NCBI GenBank assembly: GCA_044220955.1
Contig: JBGAQA010000010.1
Span: forward strand, 58,100-114,462
Direction: 5' to 3'
Length of the DNA stretch: 56,363 nt
Source of the DNA: Sandaracinaceae bacterium
GTDB lineage: Bacteria; Myxococcota_A; Polyangia; Polyangiales; Sandaracinaceae
The notes under the pieces were generated by a model. That model was not told the DNA's origin and did no database searches. It worked only from the letters and a program-made list of their open reading frames with translations. Below, piece by piece: positions 9,669 to 19,000 of the stretch. The translations under genes were made by a program, and so were the position numbers. Position 1 is the stretch's first letter; every line of letters starts with the position of its first letter.

Positions 9669-10733
9669 CTACTGCTCGCGACGGGCGATACGCCTGGCGA
9701 GCGACGCGAGCAACGCGCGGCCGCGCGGATCGACCGGCGCCGCGTCGAGCGCGTCCAGCGACGCGCGCAGGAGCGCCTCGAGCCGGGTCTCGACGCGGCC
9801 GCGGACGCCCGTGCGTTCCAGCATCTGCATGGCCTCGCGGATCGCGGCTTCCCCTGCGTCTGCGCGGCCGAGGACGCGCGACAGAGGGGCGCGGTCCGCT
9901 TCGGAGAGGCTCGTCTCGGCCTCCCGGACGATCGCCGTGCGCTTGCCGGCCCGCAGGTCGTTGCCCACGGGCTTGCCGGTGAGGGCCGCGTCGCCGAAGG
10001 TGCCGAGCAGATCGTCGCGCACCTGGAACGCCTCGCCGATCGGGACGCCGAAGCGGGCGAGCCCCTCGAGCTGCGCCGCCGTCGCGCCCGCGAGCGTCGC
10101 GCCGAGCGCGAGCGGTCCGTCGACCGTGTAGCTGCCCGTCTTGAGCTGCTGCATCCGCGTCACGTCGGCCGACCCGCGCAGGTCGAGCGCCTGCCCGGCC
10201 ACCACGTCGCGCTGCATGCGCGAGAACACCGCGAGCACCGCGGGCGGGCTCGGCGCGCGCGCCGCGCTCTCGAGCACGAGGTCCCACGCGTACGCGTTGC
10301 CGAGGTCGCCCGCCAGGATCGCGAGCGCGTCGCCGAGGTGCTCCTGACCGACGTCGGCCCGGAGCATCACGTGCACCGAGGGCCCGCCGCGCCGCTCGAG
10401 GTCGCCGTCCATCCAGTCGTCGTGGATCAACAGGTACGACTGCAGCACCTCGAGCGCCGCGCACGCGGCCACGACTTCCGCGAGGCGCGCGTCCGGCCGG
10501 ATCGCGCGCTGGGCCGCCACCATCACCGCGGGGCGTAAGCGCTTGGCCCCGCCGCGCATCGTCAGGTCCTCGAGCCGGGCCACGAGCAGCTCCGCCTCCG
10601 GCGCGCTCGTGCGGAGCTCGGCGCGCCGTGCCGCGAAGAAGGCCGCGAGGTGCGCGTCCGTGGCGTCCCGCACCTCGAGGACGAAGTCCCTCTCGCTCTT
10701 CCCGCTCGCGCCGTCGGCAGGCGTCGTCATCAT
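9669..10733 (-). CDS. Short-chain polyprenyl diphosphate synthase (FPP/GGPP synthase), ~354 aa
   Basis: GGAKRLRP, FARM YLLIHDDWMDGDLERRG (Tyr five residues before DDxxD, indicating short chain), KTGSY, SARM FQVRDDLL; start overlaps the ERG2 stop (TGATG). Confidence 0.9.
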   Translation of the reverse strand: MMTTPADGASGKSERDFVLEVRDATDAHLAAFFAARRAELRTSAPEAELLVARLEDLTMRGGAKRLRPAVMVAAQRAIRPDARLAEVVAACAALEVLQSYLLIHDDWMDGDLERRGGPSVHVMLRADVGQEHLGDALAILAGDLGNAYAWDLVLESAARAPSPPAVLAVFSRMQRDVVAGQALDLRGSADVTRMQQLKTGSYTVDGPLALGATLAGATAAQLEGLARFGVPIGEAFQVRDDLLGTFGDAALTGKPVGNDLRAGKRTAIVREAETSLSEADRAPLSRVLGRADAGEAAIREAMQMLERTGVRGRVETRLEALLRASLDALDAAPVDPRGRALLASLARRIARREQ

Positions 10734-11290
10734 CAGATCTTGCCTCGCATGAGGTTCCCGACCACGGCCTGCCCGTACATGCGGAACGTCTTGGCGACGC
10801 TGCGCGCATCGAGCGTGCTCGTGAAGGAGTCGGCGAGGCCGAAGGGCAGCATCGTCGGGATGATCCCCCGCGCGTACTCGAGCGCGTGGCACTGGCCCGG
10901 CATGCGATAGCCCTTGGCCGTGCCCTGTGGCAGCACGTGCATGTCGCCGGGCTTGTAGACGCTGCGCTGGAGCTGGCCCTCGGCGTAGGCCCACTGCTCG
11001 CCCTCGAGGATGAAGAAGTAGTCCGTCGCGAAGAAGCGCCCGGTGTGCCCCTCCGTGCCGATCGGCGTGCCGAAGATCATCAGGTACTCGGTGATCGACG
11101 AGTGGAGCAACATGAAGTGCCCCATCGCGCCGCCCGCGACGTTGAGCACCCACTCGGGCTTCTCCACGATGTAGTCGCGGTACTCGCCGCGCAGGTCGGC
11201 GTGGATCTCCTCGACCACCAGCTCGATCGGCTGGCCGATGCGGCGCTTCACGATGCGGTGCAGGACCTCGGGATCGAGAACGTGGGACAC
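10733..11290 (-). CDS. ERG2/sigma-1-receptor family C-8 sterol isomerase (no N-terminal TM anchor)
   Basis: WVLNVAGGAMG, LHSSITEYLMIFGTPIGTEGHTG, ALEYARGIIPTMLPFGLAD are hallmark ERG2-family segments. Confidence 0.9.
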   Translation of the reverse strand: MSHVLDPEVLHRIVKRRIGQPIELVVEEIHADLRGEYRDYIVEKPEWVLNVAGGAMGHFMLLHSSITEYLMIFGTPIGTEGHTGRFFATDYFFILEGEQWAYAEGQLQRSVYKPGDMHVLPQGTAKGYRMPGQCHALEYARGIIPTMLPFGLADSFTSTLDARSVAKTFRMYGQAVVGNLMRGKI

Positions 11291-11305
11291 GGCTCACTCC
11301 ATCCT

Positions 11306-14300
11306 TCAGGCGGTTCGGCGCCGGTACGCGCGGTGGTCCGCCAGCGGGTCTTCACGATAGAGCGCGGCGTAGCGCGTTTCGAGCGCCGCGTCGTCCGAGA
11401 CGTGCGTGAGGCACTCGGCGATGAGCGCCTCGACCTCGTCGCGTCGGATCTTCACCGGCTCGCCCGCCACGAACATCGCGTCGTTGCCCCGCGCCATCAC
11501 CAGCGTGCGAGCAGCCATCCAGAGGGGCAGCAAGCAGAAGAGGCGGATGCCGATCTCGGTCTTCGGGATCGCCAGCGCGTAGCGCAGCGCGCCGTCGAGG
11601 CGCTCGCGCGCCAGATCGAAGAGCGGCGCGACCGCCGCGTGCGCGCGGCGACGGTTCTCCGGGAGCGTGAGCTCTTCGATCTCGAGGCCCGCCGCGCCCG
11701 CGCTCGTGCGCGGGATGAAGGACACCTGTCGCGCGCGATCGTCGGTGACGTCCTTGAGGATGTTCACCAGCTGCAAGCCCTCGGCGAAGCTCTCCGCGTC
11801 CTGCCGGAGGCGTCGCTCGAGCAGGTTCGCCGTGCGCTCGTCCATGCCGCCGGCCTTCATCTCGTCGACGAAGAGCTCGGTGAGCATGTGCCCGACGGTC
11901 CCGGCCACGTAGTAGCAGTACCGATCGAGATCGGAGACCGTGTAGAGCGCGAGGATCCCGTCCGGCCCCGGCTCTCGTCGTGTGTAGAGGTCCATGCCGC
12001 GGGCCATCTCGGTGACCCAGCGCGTGCTGATCGTGATCGTGCTCGGCGCCTGCGCGCGGAAGACGCGCATCACGGTCGGCATCGCGCGCGCGAGCCCCAG
12101 CTCGGCGTCGTCGCCCGGCACGGGCTCGAGCGCCGCCGCGAGGTCCGCGGGGTCGCGGCCCGACTCCATGATCTCGAGGAACGTACGGAACAGACCGCCG
12201 CGCAGGTGCGCGCCGACGCTCGGGTGGTCCTCGATGGTGTCGGCGACGCGGCAGAGCAGGTAGCCGAGGGTGACCGCGACCTCGAGGCGGCCGGGCAGCA
12301 TCGCGATCGGCCGCGAGAAGGTGCGCGAGACCTGCTCGAGCGCGGTCTTGCAGAAGGCCCAGTCGGCGGCGTCGATCTGGAGCGGCGCGCTGCTCGGACG
12401 CTCGGCGGGCCGCGGGCCGCCGGCCTGCGCGTGCCGCCGCTGTCGCGCGCTCGCTGGACGGCCCGCGCGGTGGGCCTCGTACGCCGCGAACGCCTCCACG
12501 ATCTCGGCGTTCTCGCGCCAGGTCAGGCCTTCCGGAGCGAGCGTCGAGAGCGCGCGGGCGGCCGCGAGACGCACGGCCTCCGCCGGGACGCTGGCGCGAC
12601 AGAGCGCGGTGAGCACCGCCGCGGTGGTGCCGAGCGCATCACCGTCGTCGCCGTCGTGGAAGAAGCCGTCGTCGGAGGCGCGCTTCTCGAGCCACTTCGT
12701 CGCGCGCCGCACCGCGGGGTCGCCCGGGTTCGCCTCGGCGGCGACCAGCGCCTCCATCGCCTGCGCCGTCGCGATCACGGAGCCCTCGAAGGAGCCGTCG
12801 TCGCCCTGGCGGCTGCGCACGAACGTGGCTGCGCGCGCGAGCGGCGCCTCGAGGTCGGCGTCGGTCGCGTCGGGGCGGCGTCGGACGACCGCGTCGAGCG
12901 CGCGGCACGCGAGCATCGTCGCGAACAGGCTCGCGTCCGGCGCGTCCGTGGTCGGCGCGAACCCGCCGCCGCTGCGCTCGGCGGCGAGCAGCGTGCGGAT
13001 CGCGTCGGTGAGCCCGCTGATGGGCGTCTCGGCCCACGCGGCGCCGTCGAGGAGCAGCACGAGCAGGCCCGCGAGCGCTTCCGTCTCGACCGGCGAGCCT
13101 GCCTCGAAGAGGCGCGGGAAGCCCTCGAGGGCCAGGCGCCGGCGACCGATCGTCATCCGCGCGGCGATCGCGGGGCGCATCGAGCGCGCCGTGATCGCAC
13201 GCATCATCCGGATCGCCGGGATCGCGAGTCGACGATCGGGGATCGTCCCCATCTGCTGCGCGATTCGCTCCAGCTCGACCACGAGCGCGTCCGTGCCGCG
13301 CGCGAGGACCGGCTCGAGCGCGACGTCGGCGTCGCTGCGCCGCTCGCTGCTCGAATCGGGCTTGGGCGCGTCGAGGTCGGCGCCGACGAGCGCAGCGAGC
13401 GCCGGGATCGGGTGGAAGGGCGAGCTCTCCGCGCGATAGCGCTCGCGCAGGCGCGAGGGCACGAGCATCGCGGCGGGCCACTGCATCCAGCCGGCGAGCC
13501 CCGCGAGCTGCTGCGGTAGACGGTGCATCGCGCCGGTCCTGGCCGACGTCGAGGTCGTGTCCGAGAGCGCGCGTCCGGCCATCCGCACGAACGCGCTCGA
13601 GAACGTGCGCTTGCGCAGATCCTGCGAGGCGAGGATCGACATCGTCCGGCGACGCTCGTCCTCGCTCTCGCGGAGCGTCTCGAACATCGCGCGCCGGAGC
13701 TGGACGGCGCTCTCGTCCTCGCGGCGGAAGCAGTGGTAGAGCGCGCTGCTCAGCACCTCGGGCACGTAGGCGCGCCGGCGCTCCGCGTACTCCTCGAGCG
13801 AGCGCGCCTCGACGAGCGCCTCGGCGTCGAGGAAGCCGAGCGTCATCCCGTTCGCCGTCATCGGGTGGACGTGGCCCACGGCGTCGCCCACGAGGGCGAC
13901 CTGCGCACGCCCGGGCGCCGCCTCTCGACCGAAGTGCGCGCGCGGCCGGAAGCGATTCGCGGCCCACCCCGCGAGCCCGCGCTCGACGGCCGCGCGGAAC
14001 GCCGCCTTCATCGAGGGAGGGAGCACGGGCGCGAACGCGTCCCACACGAACGCGGGCGCGCGGGCGCCGGCGCCGTAGGAGACGGGCAGATCGAGGCAGC
14101 CGCGCACGACGTCGTCCGCGATACGGTAGAAGAGCGCGGGGCCGGGACCGCCGAGCACGACGTGGCCGAAGCCTTCGCTCGGCAGGGTGACGCCCCGCAG
14201 CTCGACCGACGCCATGTACGAGAGCAGCGTGCCGTGATCGGCGATGCCGAGCCGCTCGCGCACCGTGGACGCGCGGCCGTCGGCGCCGACGATGCGCTCC

Positions 14301-14743
14301 GCTCGCACGTCGAGCGCGCCGCCCTCCTTGCGCTCGATCCGGACGACGTGGCCGTCGACGTCCTTCACGCGTGCGTGAGGCAGCCAGTCGATGCCCGACG
14401 TCGCCGTCACGGCAGCGCGGAGCGCCGCGACGATCCCGGCGTGCTCGCACGCGAGCGCCGTGCCCTCGGCGTAGGGCATCTCGATGCCGGGCGAGCCGTC
14501 GTCGGGGAGGATGACGAAGCCGTAGCCGGTGCGCGCGTGCGAGGCCTCGAGGCGGCCGATGCGGAGCCGGTCGAGCACCCCGACGGCGGGCGGATGCAGC
14601 CACTCGCCGGCGAAGCGCGTCGACACCTTCGGGTCGGCCTCGACGAGCAGCACCGATGCGCCACGTCGCGCGAACGCGACCGCGCAGACCGAGCCGACCG
14701 GGCCGCCCCCGGAGATCACCACGTCATAACCGCGTCGAATCAT
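11306..14743 (-). CDS. Fusion: squalene epoxidase-like FAD monooxygenase + degenerate triterpene-cyclase barrel repeats + squalene synthase
   Basis: N-terminal: GGGPVG, AGEWLHP, GADGRAS, VGDAVGHVHPMTANGMT. Middle: QW-like repeats (RSRQGDDGSF, KRASDDGFF) with no DCTAE or DxDD. C-terminal: VSRTF, CRVADTIED, YCYYVAGTVG, LQLVNILKD, FCLLP, VKIRR. Confidence 0.88.
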   Translation of the reverse strand: MIRRGYDVVISGGGPVGSVCAVAFARRGASVLLVEADPKVSTRFAGEWLHPPAVGVLDRLRIGRLEASHARTGYGFVILPDDGSPGIEMPYAEGTALACEHAGIVAALRAAVTATSGIDWLPHARVKDVDGHVVRIERKEGGALDVRAERIVGADGRASTVRERLGIADHGTLLSYMASVELRGVTLPSEGFGHVVLGGPGPALFYRIADDVVRGCLDLPVSYGAGARAPAFVWDAFAPVLPPSMKAAFRAAVERGLAGWAANRFRPRAHFGREAAPGRAQVALVGDAVGHVHPMTANGMTLGFLDAEALVEARSLEEYAERRRAYVPEVLSSALYHCFRREDESAVQLRRAMFETLRESEDERRRTMSILASQDLRKRTFSSAFVRMAGRALSDTTSTSARTGAMHRLPQQLAGLAGWMQWPAAMLVPSRLRERYRAESSPFHPIPALAALVGADLDAPKPDSSSERRSDADVALEPVLARGTDALVVELERIAQQMGTIPDRRLAIPAIRMMRAITARSMRPAIAARMTIGRRRLALEGFPRLFEAGSPVETEALAGLLVLLLDGAAWAETPISGLTDAIRTLLAAERSGGGFAPTTDAPDASLFATMLACRALDAVVRRRPDATDADLEAPLARAATFVRSRQGDDGSFEGSVIATAQAMEALVAAEANPGDPAVRRATKWLEKRASDDGFFHDGDDGDALGTTAAVLTALCRASVPAEAVRLAAARALSTLAPEGLTWRENAEIVEAFAAYEAHRAGRPASARQRRHAQAGGPRPAERPSSAPLQIDAADWAFCKTALEQVSRTFSRPIAMLPGRLEVAVTLGYLLCRVADTIEDHPSVGAHLRGGLFRTFLEIMESGRDPADLAAALEPVPGDDAELGLARAMPTVMRVFRAQAPSTITISTRWVTEMARGMDLYTRREPGPDGILALYTVSDLDRYCYYVAGTVGHMLTELFVDEMKAGGMDERTANLLERRLRQDAESFAEGLQLVNILKDVTDDRARQVSFIPRTSAGAAGLEIEELTLPENRRRAHAAVAPLFDLARERLDGALRYALAIPKTEIGIRLFCLLPLWMAARTLVMARGNDAMFVAGEPVKIRRDEVEALIAECLTHVSDDAALETRYAALYREDPLADHRAYRRRTA

Positions 14744-14917
14744 GGGGTCACTCCACGGGTAGCCAAATCATCGAAATCGTTGCCATCCGGCGGCCAAGTG
14801 CGCGATTCGTCTCCGGGTCACTGCGGGCGTCCAGAAACACGGCTCCCCGTGCGAATCGCGCACCTTGCCGCCAGTTCTCCATCGTTTCAGCCAGTTGCGT
14901 GGGCATGGAGTGACCCC
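14744..14917 (-). promoter_or_regulatory. Structured intergenic element with nested inverted repeats; the outer stem covers the RBS of the epoxidase/squalene synthase gene
   Basis: GGGGTCACTCCA (14744-14755) / TGGAGTGACCCC (14906-14917); inner GTGCGCGATTCG (14798-14809) / CGAATCGCGCAC (14852-14863); hairpin CACGG-CTCC-CCGTG (14838-14851). Confidence 0.6.
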
Positions 14918-14918
14918 G

Positions 14919-15995
14919 TCAGTAGAGGAAGGGGATCATCTTGAAGGTGGCGCGCTTGCAGTACTCGTCCCAGAGCGCGCCGTACTTCTCGCGACAGCGC
15001 CTGTCGTCGCGCCAGGCACGGTGGGTGAGAAGGCAGAGCAGCCAGACCGGAAGTAGATAAGGCACCATCGAGTGCGTGCCCGAGAGCAGCGTGAAGGACC
15101 AATAGACCAGGATCTCACCCGTGTAGTTGAGCTTGCGGCCGATTCCCCAGAAGCCCGATACCAGGATGCGGCCGCCGAGCGTCTCGGCGGGCTTGCCCCA
15201 GATGCGGATCGAGGGATTGCGCTTGAACTCGTCCTTCTGCTGGTTGGCGCCCCGGAACATCCAGAGCCCGGCCGCGAACATCACGGGCAGCGCGAGGGTG
15301 GCGAACGTGGAGAGCGGCTCGGTGCGGTCGAGCAGGTACCAGCCGACCACCGAGTACGCGAAAGGGACGAACGCGAGGTCGCCCCACACGAGCATGAAGC
15401 CGAATCGCTCGGCGACGATGTCCCACGTGTAGAGCATCCCGTACTCGAACTGGAAGTAGTTGAAGACGTAGATCGCCGTGAAGGCCTGATAGAGGATCAT
15501 CGCGGTCGACAGCTCTCCGTCGCGCTCCCACTGCACCACCGCGAACGATGCGTTGATGACGAGCAGGCCGATGAGCGAGGGGCGATAGGCCCACATCTTG
15601 AGATCGACCCCGAGCAGCTCCGGGTTGAGCTCCACGCCGTACCAGAGGTCGGCGAACAGGCCCTCGCGCACGGCGTCCTTCCGACCGCGCCCCGAGAAGT
15701 AGAGCCAGGCGGTCAGCGCGATCGAGATCGCGTTGGCCGCGACGAAGAGCGCGAGGATCGTCCTCGGCACGACGCTGAGCGAGAAGAGGCCGAGCAGCTG
15801 CCCGCCGCCGAGGCACGCCACGGTGATCCCGAGGATGGGCAGCCCGTTGAGCCGGTACGCGCGGCGCGAGCCGTCGGCGAGCGGCGCGCCCTGCCGGACC
15901 GGCCCGGGTACGACGAGCGAGAGCACGAACATCGCCAGGACGAAGCCGAGCGCGAGGGCGGAGCCGACGAGGAGCGAGTGCGGGTCGAGCGACAT
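14919..15995 (-). CDS. ERG4/ERG24-family sterol reductase (Delta14 / Delta7 / LBR-like)
   Basis: Multi-TM protein; GVELNP, DLKMW..RP, DIVAERFGFMLVWGDLAFVPFAY, GFWGIGRKLNYTGE, LLTHRAWRDDRRCREKYG..W..YC. Confidence 0.92.
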   Translation of the reverse strand: MSLDPHSLLVGSALALGFVLAMFVLSLVVPGPVRQGAPLADGSRRAYRLNGLPILGITVACLGGGQLLGLFSLSVVPRTILALFVAANAISIALTAWLYFSGRGRKDAVREGLFADLWYGVELNPELLGVDLKMWAYRPSLIGLLVINASFAVVQWERDGELSTAMILYQAFTAIYVFNYFQFEYGMLYTWDIVAERFGFMLVWGDLAFVPFAYSVVGWYLLDRTEPLSTFATLALPVMFAAGLWMFRGANQQKDEFKRNPSIRIWGKPAETLGGRILVSGFWGIGRKLNYTGEILVYWSFTLLSGTHSMVPYLLPVWLLCLLTHRAWRDDRRCREKYGALWDEYCKRATFKMIPFLY

Positions 15996-16010
15996 GGGGA
16001 GTCCTCGGGC

Positions 16011-19000
16011 TCAGTGCCAGGTCGGCTGCGGCGGCGAGGGGCTCGTCCCGGCGCTCTCCGTCCGTGTCTTGCGGCGCGCCTCGTAAGCGCCCAGCGCCCA
16101 GACCGGGAAGTAGCGGCGATAGAGGACGTAGTCGAGCAGCGCCGTGTGGAAGAAGACCCCTTCCGGATCCTGCTTCGGCCACGTTCCGTCGTCGCTCTGG
16201 CGCTTGGCGAGGAACGAAGCCGCGCGGGTCATCGCCGCGAAGTCGGGCTCGTGCGCGTCGGCCAGCGTCAGCAGAGCCCACGCCGTCTGCGTGGTCTGGC
16301 TCTCGGTGTGCTCGACGTATCGGCCGACCTCGCCGCTCGAGAAGTGCTCGCCCCAGCCGCCGTCGGGGCGCTGCCGCGCGAGCAGCCAGGCGCAGGCGCG
16401 ACGGATCGCCGGGTCGTGCGGCGGGACGCCCGCGTGGATCAGGCCGCGCACGCCGAACATCGTCCCGTAGACGAAGTGGACGCCCCACGCGCCCTCCCAC
16501 GATCCGTCGGCGCGCTGCTGCGAGCGCAGGCAGCGCACGCCGCGGGCGATCGCCCGGGCGATCTCGGCCGAGAGGACGCCCGGGTGCTCGCGGCCGAAGC
16601 GCGCGAGCGCGGCGATGCACGACGCGGTGCATTCGGAGTAGGACTTCTCGGTCATCGAGTCGCCGAACATCTCGGCCGGGTTGAGCCACTCGAGCGGGAG
16701 ATCGACGCGTCGCGACTCGTAGCTGCCGAAGCCGCCGTCCGAGTTCTGCGTGCGCAGGATGAAGCGGACGCCGGCGCTGAGCGCCTCGATCGACGCGCCG
16801 CCACCGCGCGCGGCGAGCGGCGCGGCGTCCATCCGGGCCAGGAGCGCCTCGGCCGTGCAGTCGCTCACCGGCCAGCCGTGCCAGACGCCCGCGAAGCAGT
16901 AGCCGCCGGCGGGATCGATGCGGTGGTGCTGCGCCTCGCGCCCGGTGCCACGCTGGATCTGCTGGGATGCGAGGAACTCGTCGGCGCGCAGCAACGCGCT
17001 CTTGACGTCGACGTGGGGCGCGGCTGCGGCGAGCGCCTGGCCCGCGAACGCCGTGTCCCACGTCGCACTGCGCGCTCCCGCGACGCGCGCTCCCTTCTCG
17101 GCGTCCTCCCAGATCCACCCGTCGAAGTGCTCGAGCGCCTCGAGCAGGTCGGGGTCGGAGGGATCGGCGGCGTGGAGCGCGACCATGTTCAGGAGCCCGC
17201 TCACCGGCGAGAGGCAGGTGTAGTGGGTGCTGCGCAGCTCGTAGCGGATGTTCTCGCGCAGGTTGGCGAGCAGCCCGGCGCGCTTGTCGGGCGAGCGCAG
17301 CGTCTCGAAGCGCACGAGCCCTGCGTAGATCGCCGCGAGCGGCTTGCTCCACGGCGTCAGCAGATCGGCGGCGCGCAGGGACGTCCGCGCGCTCGAGAAG
17401 TCGACCTTGTCGTAGCCGCCGGGGAAGAGCTCGTCGCGCAGCTCGAGGACGCGCGGCGTGAGCGGCGCGGAGAAGCGAGATCCCGACACCGTCGCCATGG
17501 CCATGTAGATGAGGCGCGTGTGGCAGTAGTAGCGGCTCGGGTGTGCGGGCAGCCACTCGGGCAAGAGCCACGCCTCGGGCGGCACGGGGCTGACGCCGTT
17601 CCACTCGTAGAGGCCGGCGATCGCGAGCCAGAGCTTGCCCCAGCTCGGCACCTGCGCCGCGCCGCCCTCGGCTCGGATGAACTCGTAGGCGCGCGCGAGG
17701 AGCGGGTCGTGCTTCTCCACGCCGAGCAGGCGCGCCGCGACGTACACGAGGATCGTCACGAAGAGGTAGGGCTTGCTGAGCTCGTGCAGACCCCAGCTGC
17801 CGGCCGCCAGCCGCGTGTCCTCGAAGTGGCGCAGCAGGTTGGCCCGCCGCTCGCTCGCGAGCGGGCGTCCCATCGCGTACATCGCCAGCACGTACTGCGC
17901 GGCGAGCATCGGGCACCACACGACCTCGCCCTCGAACGAGCCGTCCTCGGCTTGCTCGGCGACGAGCGCGCGGACGCTCTTGTCGAGCGCGCGCTCGATC
18001 GCGCCGCGCGAGTCGCGCCGATCCGGGATGAGCGCCACGGCGGCGCCGCCGCCTCGCGTGGAGCGCAGGAACGCGCCGTAGCGCTCCTCGACCGAGGGAC
18101 CCTGCGCGCGCGCGGCGAGTCGGCGCTCGGCGACGGCGGAGAGAGCGTCGGTGAGGTGGTAGGTGCCCGCGAGCAGGGTCCCGAGGCGAACGCCGACGTC
18201 CGCGAGCGCGGCGGCGGTCTCGCGCGGGGAGGGCCCGAGGGCTCCGCGCCGCAGCAGCTGGTTGCCGCCGTAGAGCACGGTGCCGAGGAACGACCCGGCG
18301 AGGCGCGCGCGGCCCCCCTCGCCCACGAGGAACCCCATCGTGCGGAGGCGCTCGCCCGGGTGCTTGCGGAAGAGGTGGTAGACGGCCTGCCGCACGGCCA
18401 CGGTCGACTCGGCGTGATCGGCGAACACCTCGTAGAGCGCGATCGCGAGCATCTCGGGGATGCGCGCACGCGCGACGCGCTCGCGCCGGTAGGCCGCGAC
18501 GCTCTCGGCCTTCGCGAGCGCGATGGCGTCCTCGAAGCCGAGCGTGAGACCGAGCGCGGTGAGCGGGTGGTGCGCGCCGATTGCGTCACCGACGAGCGCG
18601 AGGCCTTCACGGCCGAACTCGCAGCGGGGGTGGATGACGTTGTCGGTCGAGCGCCACTCCTTGCTCGCGAGCGTCCGCGCGAGCGCGGCGCCGAGCTCGC
18701 CCGGCAACACCGAGCGGTACGTGTCGGAGAGCACCTGAGACGCTGCGCCGGGATCGCGCGGGAGGGCCGTCGAGAGCGGCACGTCGAGCGTCAACCGCAC
18801 GGCGCGGGGCCCGATGCGGTGCGCGATCACCGGTCCGGGGGCGCCGACGAACACGTGGCGGTAGCCCTCGAAGGGGAGCGCCACGTCCTCCAGCAAGAGG
18901 CCGATCGCGCGTGAGAACACGTGCGTGCTCGCGCCCCCACCGATGGACGTCACGCTCACCTCGCTCGCGCGATCGAGCGTGCCGCGTCCCGTCGCGCCGA

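Noticed and set aside
11306..12365. Phytoene synthase / carotenoid cluster
   Set aside because: SQS-type FCLLP and VKIRR motifs are present, and no CrtI-like desaturase or lycopene cyclase is in the window.
15072..18914. 1280-aa plus-strand ORF and similar long antisense ORFs (10628-13519, 20633-23473, 29750-32473, 38980-41307)
   Set aside because: Shadow frames opposite motif-rich genes; Arg/Ala/Gly-rich, with no family motifs, as expected at this GC content.
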